From NCBI GenBank assembly GCA_963707635.1, contig OY970173.1, positions 2,408,882 to 2,472,881 of the forward strand: a DNA stretch of 64,000 nucleotides. The letters run 5' to 3'. Shown here piece after piece: positions 45,788 to 55,970 of the stretch. The notes below the pieces were generated by a model. The model searched no databases and had not been told where the DNA came from. It saw only the letters and a program-made list of their open reading frames with translations. The stretch is from Candidatus Latescibacterota bacterium. Lineage in GTDB: Bacteria; Krumholzibacteriota; Krumholzibacteriia; WVZY01; JAKEHA01. Made by a program: the position numbers and the translations under genes. How positions within the stretch are numbered: position 1 is the first letter of the stretch; the number at the start of each line of letters is the position of its first letter.

Positions 45788-46219
45788 TCACGCCATCCTG
45801 GAAACGAGGATTTCGCCCGCGATTACGTTGACGGCGTATTCGTCGAGTGGCCGCGGCGGCGGCCCGGAAACGTTGCGCCCCTTGAGGTCATAGAGACCGT
45901 TGTGGCACGCGCACCAGATCTGCTTGAGGTCGCCGCGGTACTGCACGATGCACTCGAGGTGGGTGCAGGTGGCGGAGAACGCGCGGAACTCGCCGGACTC
46001 CTCGCGGATGAGGATCACGGGCTTGCGGCCGAACTTCACGATTTGCGCCGTGTTGACGGCAAAGGCTGACTCGGGGCCCGCCTTGACGGCCTGCACGGTC
46101 GCCTCGGGGACTCGCGGGGGGCGCAGGTAGGAGAACACCGGGTACAACACGCTCCCCAACCACCCGAGGGCTCCGCCGGTCAGGAGCAGTTGAGTGAATT
46201 CTCGGCGCGTCATACCCAT
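45788..46219 (-). CDS. Rieske [2Fe-2S] iron-sulfur subunit
   Basis: Tat-like N-terminus MGMTRREFTQLLLTGGALG. Cluster ligand boxes CTHLEC and CACHNG. Confidence 0.9.
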   Translation of the reverse strand: MGMTRREFTQLLLTGGALGWLGSVLYPVFSYLRPPRVPEATVQAVKAGPESAFAVNTAQIVKFGRKPVILIREESGEFRAFSATCTHLECIVQYRGDLKQIWCACHNGLYDLKGRNVSGPPPRPLDEYAVNVIAGEILVSRMA

Positions 46220-46230
46220 TAACGAATCCG

Positions 46231-46260
46231 ATTATCCGGTATACGAGGCAGTCTATTCAA
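46231..46260 (-). promoter_or_regulatory. candidate promoter TTGAAT-N18-GATAAT for the Rieske/cyt b/nonahaem operon
   Basis: Minus strand TTGAATagactgcctcgtataccgGATAAT. The -10 ends 11 nt before the Rieske ATG (46219). Confidence 0.3.
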
Positions 46261-46334
46261 GTGGGCCCGTAACGTCCACCGGTAATTCGCGTAAACTCGG
46301 GCCCGCGTGTCCGGGCGGGAACCGGAGCCCGAGG

Positions 46335-46364
46335 TTGACAGGGCCGCCGGTGCCGTCATAGCAT
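46335..46364 (+). promoter_or_regulatory. candidate promoter TTGACA-N18-TAGCAT for the 13-haem cytochrome gene
   Basis: TTGACA at 46335-46340 and TAGCAT at 46359-46364. The -10 overlaps the first ATG (46363), so ATG 46387 (MRPPAILF...) may be the real start. Confidence 0.3.
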
Positions 46365-48519
46365 GCAGAACAGCCGCTCGTCATTCATGCGCCCTCCAGC
46401 CATCCTCTTTGGCAGCCGGCACGTGCCGCGCAACCGCGTCGTCACGGCGCTGACGCTCCTTGCGGTCACCCTCCTTGCGCCCGGGGCGCTCCCGGTCCGC
46501 GCCCAGGTGGACACCGCCGCCTGTCTCGATTGCCACGACGACGCGTCGATGAAATCGGACGCCGGGCGCCCCATCGGCGTGGTGGCGAAGGCGTTCCACG
46601 CCGGAGCGCACGGCGGGCAGGAATGCGTGGACTGCCACGCGGCGCCCGGCAACTACGACGACGCCCCCCACTACGCGAAATACACGCCGGTCGATTGCTC
46701 CCGGTGCCACGACGATGTCGGGCCGGAGTTCAAGGGGTCGATCCACGAGAGCCTCTTTACCGATGGCGACATGGCGTGCACGACTTGCCACTCGATCCAC
46801 GACCGCACCCCGACTCCGCGCGAGGCGCTCGCCGCGTGCGGCGGCTGTCACGAAGATGCCGCGGCCGACTACGCCACCAGCGTTCATCACGCGGGCCGCA
46901 AGCGCAACGGGCAGAGCGCGGCGACGTGCACCAGCTGCCACGGGAGCCACCACGTCGTCGCGGTGACCGACTCGACGTCACCGGTGCATCCACGCAACGT
47001 GCCGCGGCTGTGCGGGGAATGTCACGCCAAGGAGTCGCCCATCACCGCTGACTTCGTCCGGCTTCCGATTTCGGTACCCGCGTATCTCAAGTCGGTGCAC
47101 GGCCAGGGGTGGCAGCAGGGCAAGAAGACCGCCGTCTGCACGGACTGTCACGGCGCCCACGACTCGCGCCCCGCGTCCGACCCGAAGTCCCACATCAACC
47201 GGCTGAACGTGGCGGCGACCTGTGGACGGTGTCACGACCAGATCGGCGCTGAATTCGCAAGCTCGATCCACGGGAAAGCGGTTGCGCTCGGCATTACGGA
47301 CTCTCCGACCTGCATCGACTGCCACAACGAGCACCTGATCCAGCGACCCCAGGATCCAACCGCCGCGATCAGTCCCGAGCACCGCGCGCGCGAGTTGTGC
47401 GGCAACTGCCACACCGACCCCGAGCTGATCGCGAAGTACGGGATCGCGTCCGGAGTCGTGGAGACATACCTCGACAGCTACCACGGCTGGGCAGTCGCTC
47501 GCGGCAGCGACCTGGTCGCGACCTGCACGGACTGCCACAACGTCCACGAGATCAGAAGCCCGCTCGACTCGCTTTCGACGGTGCACCCCGCCAACGTGGC
47601 CAGGACCTGCACGAAATGCCACGCCGGTGCCACCGAGCGCTTCGCGCAGAGCTACACCCACCTGGGTGCCCTCGCGGCGCGCGGCCCGCACGGGTGGGTC
47701 CGCACGATCTATCTCTGGCTGATCGGTGCGGTGCTCGGGGGCATGGCGCTGCACAACGCCGTCATCGTCCGCCACGAAATGAAACGGCACATCGCGCACG
47801 TGCGCCGCGAGCCGTATGTCCGCCGCTGGCACAGCGCCGAGAAGATCCAGCACCTGGTCCTGTTCTTGAGCTTCGCCGGGCTGGCCGTCACCGGCTTCGC
47901 GCTGCGTTTTCCCGACGCCTGGTGGGTCCGGCTCGTGGGCCTCGAGAGCCATGAAGGGCTGCGAGCCAACCTGCACCGGGCGTTCGCGGTCGTGCTCGTG
48001 GCCTCGGCGATCTACCACGCGGCGTGGATCGTCGCCACTCGACGTGGGCGCGTCTCGCTGCGCGCGATGGCGCCGGCCTTCCACGACCTGCGCCAGGCGG
48101 GCGAGAATATCGCCTATCACATCGGCCGCCGCCCATCGCGCCCCGCCTTTGGCACGTTCGACTATACGCAGAAGGCGGAGTACTGGGCGCTGGTCTGGGG
48201 AACGGGGATCATGGCGTTGACGGGGCTCGTGCTCTGGTACCCGGCGCTGGCGACGAACCGATTCCCGGTGTGGATCGTGCGCGTCGCCGAAGTGATTCAC
48301 TTCTACGAGGCGATTCTCGCCGTTTCCGCCATCTTCATCTGGCATTTCTTCTTCGTGATCTTCCTGCCGGCGGTATACCCCATGAGTACCACCTGGCTCG
48401 ACGGCCGCATCCCCGCCCGCGAATGGAAGGAGTTCCACGCCGGGGAATACGCGGAGAAAGGCGATCGGGAAATCCTGGAACCCGGGGAGGACGATCCCTC
48501 CCCACCCGGCGGCGCGTGA
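46363..48519 (+). CDS. CbcL-like fusion: 13-haem periplasmic c-type cytochrome domain plus C-terminal dihaem b-type cytochrome membrane domain (FdnI/HydC-like)
   Basis: Thirteen CXXCH motifs: CLDCH, CVDCH, CSRCH, CTTCH, CGGCH, CTSCH, CGECH, CTDCH, CGRCH, CIDCH, CGNCH, CTDCH, CTKCH. Then ~5 TM helices with conserved His pairs: IQHLVLFLSF, HRAFAVVLVASAIYH, VIHFYEAILAVSAIFIWH. Confidence 0.8.
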   Translation: MQNSRSSFMRPPAILFGSRHVPRNRVVTALTLLAVTLLAPGALPVRAQVDTAACLDCHDDASMKSDAGRPIGVVAKAFHAGAHGGQECVDCHAAPGNYDDAPHYAKYTPVDCSRCHDDVGPEFKGSIHESLFTDGDMACTTCHSIHDRTPTPREALAACGGCHEDAAADYATSVHHAGRKRNGQSAATCTSCHGSHHVVAVTDSTSPVHPRNVPRLCGECHAKESPITADFVRLPISVPAYLKSVHGQGWQQGKKTAVCTDCHGAHDSRPASDPKSHINRLNVAATCGRCHDQIGAEFASSIHGKAVALGITDSPTCIDCHNEHLIQRPQDPTAAISPEHRARELCGNCHTDPELIAKYGIASGVVETYLDSYHGWAVARGSDLVATCTDCHNVHEIRSPLDSLSTVHPANVARTCTKCHAGATERFAQSYTHLGALAARGPHGWVRTIYLWLIGAVLGGMALHNAVIVRHEMKRHIAHVRREPYVRRWHSAEKIQHLVLFLSFAGLAVTGFALRFPDAWWVRLVGLESHEGLRANLHRAFAVVLVASAIYHAAWIVATRRGRVSLRAMAPAFHDLRQAGENIAYHIGRRPSRPAFGTFDYTQKAEYWALVWGTGIMALTGLVLWYPALATNRFPVWIVRVAEVIHFYEAILAVSAIFIWHFFFVIFLPAVYPMSTTWLDGRIPAREWKEFHAGEYAEKGDREILEPGEDDPSPPGGA

Positions 48520-48644
48520 ACCGCGCTGCGCCGGAGCCTATCCAAAACTATGCAACGAATCTGTTGGTGAAGCGCGCCTCGCGCGCTATGCTATCATTGG
48601 CTGCATTGGACTGCCGCCTCTGCGGCGCCGAAAGGAGAAACGCA

Positions 48645-49235
48645 ATGAAACGAGTTGGCGGGGGTGTCATCGCGCTGTGGGCCGCAGGTGCCTTCGTGGT
48701 CGCGCAAACCGGGGCAGCCGCGGCGGCCGACCACGCGTTCGTGGGAGCGGCGAAGTGCGCGACCTGTCACAAGACGGTCGCGCAGGGCGAGCAGTTCCCG
48801 AAGTGGCAGGCGAGCATGCACGCGAAGGCCTACGAGACCCTGGCCGGTGAAAAAGCCAAGGAGATCGCGAAGGCCAAAGGCATCGCCGACCCGCAGAAGG
48901 CTCCCGAGTGCCTCAAGTGCCACGTGACCGGATACGGAGCCGCGGCGGCGCTGCTCGGCGAGAAGTACGCGGTCACCGACGGCGTCGGGTGCGAGTCCTG
49001 CCACGGCGCCGGCGGCGACTACGTCAAGAAGGCGACGATGGAAGGCGTCATGAACGGCACCATCACGGCCGCGTCCGTCGGCCTGGTGAAGCCCGACAAG
49101 GCGACGTGTGAGAAGTGCCACAACAAGGAGAGCCCATCGTTTACCTCGTTCGACTTCGACAAGTCGTACGCGAAGATCAAGCACGAGATGCCGGCGGAGC
49201 GCAAAGCGAAGTACAAGGCGCCTGCGGGCGGCTAG
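48645..49235 (+). CDS. tetrahaem c-type cytochrome (cytochrome c554-family-like), periplasmic
   Basis: AAAGGAG RBS before ATG 48645, then a signal peptide. Four CXXCH motifs: CATCH, CLKCH, CESCH, CEKCH. Confidence 0.8.
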   Translation: MKRVGGGVIALWAAGAFVVAQTGAAAAADHAFVGAAKCATCHKTVAQGEQFPKWQASMHAKAYETLAGEKAKEIAKAKGIADPQKAPECLKCHVTGYGAAAALLGEKYAVTDGVGCESCHGAGGDYVKKATMEGVMNGTITAASVGLVKPDKATCEKCHNKESPSFTSFDFDKSYAKIKHEMPAERKAKYKAPAGG

Positions 49236-49296
49236 GCACCGGCGGGTGCGCGGCTCCCCGGGCAGAGCGAAAGCCGGGCGTCGACCAGAACCAGAC

Positions 49297-49334
49297 GGGC
49301 GGGTTCATCGAGAACCCGCCCGATCTTTTTTTTC
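49297..49334 (+). terminator. intrinsic terminator after the tetrahaem cytochrome gene
   Basis: Stem GGGCGGGTT / AACCCGCCC (49297-49305 / 49313-49321), 7-nt loop, then a T8 run at 49326-49333. Confidence 0.65.
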
Positions 49335-49352
49335 CCCCCGGCCCCGTGCCGT

Positions 49353-52134
49353 CTACTTGTAGCCGAAAATCACCGAATAGATGATGAGCGCGATCAGGAT
49401 CAGCCCCACGCCGAGGAAGAGCGACCCCGCCACGCGTACGCCGATTTCCCACCGGCGCGACAGCGCCCCTTTCACGAGGCGACGGCGGAGTTCACCCGTG
49501 CGCTTCATCTCCTCGTATTCGACGGGACGATCTTTGATGTAGTCCTCTAGCGGGGTCAGCCCGGTGAAGACCACGGTGTCCATCGGGAAGGCTTCGGGGC
49601 GCAGGTGCGTATTGAAGAAATGGATGGTAAAGATGAAACCCACCGCGAGCAATGCCTCGTCGCTGTGGATGATCGTCGCCACGTTGATCAGCGCGCCGGG
49701 AAGGAAGCGCGTAAAGAGTACCGGGAGCCACAGCATCAGCCCGGACGCCCCGATGATCGCGACCCCCCAGAACACCGCGAGGTAGTCGAATTTCTCCCAG
49801 TAGGTCCAGCGCCCGTAGCGCGGACGCGCTCCCGCGCCGAAGAACCACTTGAGCGTCCCGACGAAGTCATTTAGGTCCTTGCGGTTGAACATCAGCGAGT
49901 TCGGCCCGAAGGCGAGCTCTCGCCAGCTCAACCGCCGCTCGCGCTTGTGTCGCACCAGCGATGCGACGTGGAAGCTGAAGTACCCGAACGTCGCCACCGC
50001 GGCAATGCGGTGGATGACGCCAGCGACGCGGACGCCGCCGAGCACGCCGGAGAGGAAGGCCGCCCACGGCATCGCGGAGAACTTCAGTATCATGCCGGTG
50101 AGGGCCAGCGAGAGGAAGCTGGTGATGACGAACAAGTGCGTGATCCGCTGCGCACGCGTAAAACGCCGTATGTAATATTTCGTCTCGCGTTTTTGCGCCC
50201 CGCGCTTGCGTTCGAGCATGTGGCGGAACGAACGCGGCAGCCACAGCACCGTGTGCAACCCGAAAAAACTGAACACACCCACCAGCAGGAACGTCATCGC
50301 CCAGTACGAATAGTAGAGGAACGGATACTTGTCCGGGTCGTGGTGCGTCGCGTGCGTCAGGTAGCCGGTGAAGCGCTGGTTTGCGTCCTCGTGACACTGA
50401 CGGCACGTCCCCACGATGTTCTTGAATCCCACCTTCGAATTCGGATTGTTGGTCGCAAGGATCTCGTGCGCGCCGTGACAATCGGAACACCTCGCCGCCT
50501 TGAAATAGCCAAGCCGGTAGGCCTTGCCGTGCATCGTCTCGAGGTAGGTCTTGGACAGCTCGCCGTGGCACGAGCCGCACTGCTGCGTCACCTCGAAGAG
50601 AAAATCGTCTTTCTCGACGTCGCCGATGGTATGGGACGAGTGACAGCTTGCACAGTTGGGCAGCTTGTCCACGTCTTTCCCGCTCGCCGCGTAGTGAACG
50701 CTCTTGATAAACTGCTTGTAGATCCCGCGGTGGCACACTGCGCACGTCGCGGGCAGGTTCTGCTTCGAGACTGTTGAGCGCTCGTCCGTGTGCTTGAGCA
50801 CCATGTGGGACGAGTGGCAGTCGATGCAGATCGCGCTGGGAAGCAGCCCTTTTTCCGTGAGCGCCCGCCCGTGCACGCTCTGCGAGTAGTCGGCGAACGC
50901 CGACACCTGCGAGAGGGTCGCGACCTTCGACGCTTTCCCCTCCTCCCGGTGGCAATCGCCGCACAACGCCGGCACCGCTGCGCGATACGTGCGCGACGAT
51001 TCCTGCAGGTGGGAAAGCGTGCCGTGAGATCCATGGCAGGTCGTGCAGTAGGGGGCCTCCTCGACGCCCCGCGCGTGCGCCTGGCCGTGCCCACTCACCG
51101 TGTACTCCTCCGAGATTTTCGCGTGACAGTTCGAGCAGTCTACGCGTCCGGACGTTTCGCACGGGCGCTTGCGGCGCGGGTCGACGTCCGCGTGGCACTT
51201 CACGCACGGTATGGTCTGGTGGACCGACGACGCAAGTTCTTCACGGTCGACCGTCATCGAAACCGTGTCGCCGGCCTCGACCCCGAACAGGTTGGGCTGT
51301 TCGTGACAGCGCAGGCAGTCGCGGTCGGCGATGGCGAGCGACGCCGCCTCCTTGCGCACCTTGTGCGGCACATGGCAGTCGGTGCACGCGGGGATCGCGC
51401 CCGGCGCCTTTTCCCACAGTTCCCCCCGGATGACCTTGGTGTGGACCTCTTCGATCTTCGCGTGGCACTTCATGCAGGTCGCGGTGATGTTGCGGGGCGA
51501 GATCGAAGCGCGCGGCTCCGTGTGCGGAAGGATCAGGTGCGCATTGTGGCAGTCCGCGCACGCCGCGGTCACGATCAGGCCCTTCTTGAACAGGCCCTCT
51601 CCATGAATGCTCTCGCTGTAGTTCTCCAGGATGTTGTGCGCCGAGATTTCGTACGTGTTCGCGACGGGTGCACCCTCCCGGTGGCATTTCCCGCACAAGT
51701 ACGGCACGTTCATCTTGTATGCGGTCGAACGCCCGTCCCGGGGCGAGAGGATGTCGTGCACCCCGTGACAGTCCTTGCACGACGGTGCGTACGGCGCGTG
51801 GCGCTTCAGCGCCTGGCCGTGGATGCTGGCGTCGAAGTCGAGTTGCTCGTCGTCGTGGCAGGTCCCGCAGTAGACGGGGTGGAGGTCGTCGGCGTGCGGC
51901 AGGTCCTCGGGGTCGACGTCCGCGTGGCAGGCTGTGCAGTTCAGGTCCCGGTGAACGGACGCCCCGAAGATCTTCGCGTCGAAGAACGGTGTCTCGTCGT
52001 CGTGCTCGCCGTGGCACTCGAGACAGGTGTCGTGGTCCGTGGCGGATGCGTTGGCGTCCGGAAGGAGGAGGAGCGGGACCAGCAAAGCGATCGGGAGCAG
52101 AACACGCCGAATGGCGATGCGGCGCGCCGAGGGA

Positions 52135-52163
<29 letters not shown>
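49353..52163 (-). CDS. CbcL-like fusion: 19-haem periplasmic c-type cytochrome domain plus C-terminal b-type cytochrome membrane domain
   Basis: From ATG 52163 (MSATREPS...LLPIALLVPLLLL). I counted 19 CXXCH motifs, from CLECH to CRQCH. C-terminal TM helices carry His pairs: ITHLFVITSF, VIHRIAAVATFGYFSFH, IIHSDEALLAVGFIFTIH. Confidence 0.8.
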
Positions 52164-53689
<1,526 letters not shown>

Positions 53690-53816
53690 TTTTCCGATAA
53701 TCGGCTCCGAATGTCAAGTCTAAAGCGGGACACGCGGCGGGGACGGCGGGCCCGCCTGACCGGACAAGCCGGGAAGCGGCGCCCGCGGCCCCGCGGTCTC
53801 ACCCGGCGCGTGTGAC

Positions 53817-54215
53817 TTACTTCGCGACCGGCTCGAGCAGCGCGTGAATCCGGTCGAGGAGCCCTTCGAGGTCGAAGGGTTTGTACAGGCAGGCGTCCGC
53901 CTTCGACCACGTCGACACGAACTCCTCCCGCACCGCGTGGTCGAGCTTGCGCGCCGTGATCAGAAGGATCTTGAACGGCGCCACGTCGCCGCGCGCCATG
54001 TCGTCCTTGAGCGCGCGCGATACTTCGTAGCCGTTCTTGCCGGGCAGCATCACGTCCAGGATCAGCACCGCGTAGTGCCCCGTGCGCGCCCGGCTCAACG
54101 CCGCGTTGCCGTCGTAGGCGACGTCGACTTCGAACCCGCGGAGTTCGAGACTGTACTTGACCGTGTCGACGATATCCTGCTCGTCATCCACCAGGAGAAT
54201 CCGCAGCTTGTTCAT
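53817..54215 (-). CDS. single-domain response regulator (receiver only)
   Basis: MNKLRILLVDDEQDIV...VLILDVMLPGKNGYEV...ILLITA...YKPFD. ATGA overlap with the upstream kinase stop. Confidence 0.9.
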   Translation of the reverse strand: MNKLRILLVDDEQDIVDTVKYSLELRGFEVDVAYDGNAALSRARTGHYAVLILDVMLPGKNGYEVSRALKDDMARGDVAPFKILLITARKLDHAVREEFVSTWSKADACLYKPFDLEGLLDRIHALLEPVAK

Positions 54216-55771
54216 GCTTGCTCCTCGGTGCCGGCGCGAACACCGGCCACCAACCAGTCCAGATCCACCGCGCTCGCCTCCAGCACCGACAGCGACGCGA
54301 GCGAACGGGCCATGCGCGCGGCCGCGCGGCTCAGCGCGGCCGCGATCGACGCGCCGTCGGCGACGCGCGCCGCACCCAGCGCATACCCGCCCATCGACCA
54401 GGCGCCCTCTTCGCAGCGCCGGACCCACGGGCCGACCACGCCGGCGATGTCGGCTTCGCTTTCGGCGGGAATGACCGCCAGCGCGAGGTCGTGCCGGATG
54501 GTCCACAGCGACGCGTCGGCGAACGCTTCGCCGCGCGCCGGGTTCAGCGCCGGCGGACACGCCCACGCGCGCGCGATGTCGGCCCAGTCCTCGCCGTCCG
54601 GCTTTCCGAGCACGAGCACGCTGGTCGAGCGTTTGGCGGCGCGCAGGCGCGCCATCGCCGTGGTGGCCGCGCGCGCGCGCGCCACCGACGTCGCGGTGCG
54701 CCGATCGGCGGGGACGACGAAGCTGACGGTGGTTCCCTCTCCCAGCCGGCTCTCCGCGCGCAGCCAGCCGTCGTGGGCCTCCACCAGCGCGCGCGAGATG
54801 TGCAGCCCGAGGTGGGCCCCGCCGCCTTCGCCGGTGTCGTGGTAGCGATCGAAGATGTGCGCGAGCGTGGCAGACGCCATCCCCAGCCCGCGGTCGACGA
54901 CGTCCACGCGCAGGAGCCGGGGATCGCCGAGCAGGTCCCACGGGAGCAGGCGCATGTCGTCGTCCATCGCTTCGCGGCCGGCCACCCCGACCCGCACGGT
55001 GACGCGCTCGCCGTTGGGGGTGAAGCGGATCGCGTTCGCGAGCAGATTCACCAGCACCTGCTCGATCCGATCGCGATCCAGGCACGCGGTGTCGACCTCG
55101 GACGCCATCTCGCAATCGATGCGCCGCTCCACGGCCGGGTTGAGCGCGACGAAGTCGTTGATCACGGCCTCCACGCAGGTGCGCACGTCGATCGGCTCGC
55201 GCTGGACGTGGAGCACGCCCGTCAGGTCGCGCGTGAGGTCGAGATAGCCGTCGACCATGCGCGCGAGCCGGAGCGTGGCGCGCTGGAGCGCGCTGACGAA
55301 GCGGCGTTGCGGGTCGGTGAGCGGCCCGGGTGCGCCGGAGGCCAGCAGGTCGAGCGCGTTGCGCATCGAGGTGAGCGGGTTGCGCAGCTCGTGCGCCACC
55401 GCGGCGACGGTCTCGTCGGTCCACAGTTCCCGCGCGAGGCGCTCCGCGGGAGCGTGAAAATGCAGAACCGAAAGCGTGCGCTCCCCCGGGCCCCGCACCG
55501 GCTCGACGTCCACCTGGATCCCGGTCGGTCGTCCGGCGCGGTCCGGCACGGCGATGGCGCGCGCACGCACGCTGCGCTGCACGAACCCCCGGAAGACGCC
55601 GGTATCGAGGACCAGGCGGCCCATGACGGTCGTCATGCCCGCGTTCTCGGCGAGACCGAACAGCCGCACCGCCGCCGCGTTGGCGGCGTGGACATCGCCG
55701 GTCTCGTCGACCACGATCAGCGGGTCGCGCACCGCGTCGAACACCATGCTCTGAAGACGGGTTGTTTCCAT
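54212..55771 (-). CDS. sensor histidine kinase (PAS, DHp/HisKA, HATPase_c) with an extra ~170-aa C-terminal domain
   Basis: PAS-like FDAVRDPLIVVDETGDVHAANAAA, H-box AVAHELRNPLTSM, N-box VLVNLLANAIRFTP, G-boxes VVDRGLGM / GGAHLGLHIS. C-terminal extension VLVLGKPDGEDW... looks like a degenerate receiver. ATG 55771 chosen. Confidence 0.85.
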   Translation of the reverse strand: METTRLQSMVFDAVRDPLIVVDETGDVHAANAAAVRLFGLAENAGMTTVMGRLVLDTGVFRGFVQRSVRARAIAVPDRAGRPTGIQVDVEPVRGPGERTLSVLHFHAPAERLARELWTDETVAAVAHELRNPLTSMRNALDLLASGAPGPLTDPQRRFVSALQRATLRLARMVDGYLDLTRDLTGVLHVQREPIDVRTCVEAVINDFVALNPAVERRIDCEMASEVDTACLDRDRIEQVLVNLLANAIRFTPNGERVTVRVGVAGREAMDDDMRLLPWDLLGDPRLLRVDVVDRGLGMASATLAHIFDRYHDTGEGGGAHLGLHISRALVEAHDGWLRAESRLGEGTTVSFVVPADRRTATSVARARAATTAMARLRAAKRSTSVLVLGKPDGEDWADIARAWACPPALNPARGEAFADASLWTIRHDLALAVIPAESEADIAGVVGPWVRRCEEGAWSMGGYALGAARVADGASIAAALSRAAARMARSLASLSVLEASAVDLDWLVAGVRAGTEEQA

Positions 55772-55970
55772 GGAGCGAATGCCTCGCGCCAGCCGGCGTC
55801 GAGGCGGTTCACCCGGTGAGGGCAAGGGGGGTGCCAGAGTGGCGCTTTGAGCGCGCAATCGATGTTTTCATAGCTGTTTATGCGCCAGACTTCGGGTCAA
55901 GTCTTCAAGTGGGTGGCAGCCGAAGTGGAAGAATCCTGCCCATGCCGCCCGGCTTCCGGCCGGCGGCGGT

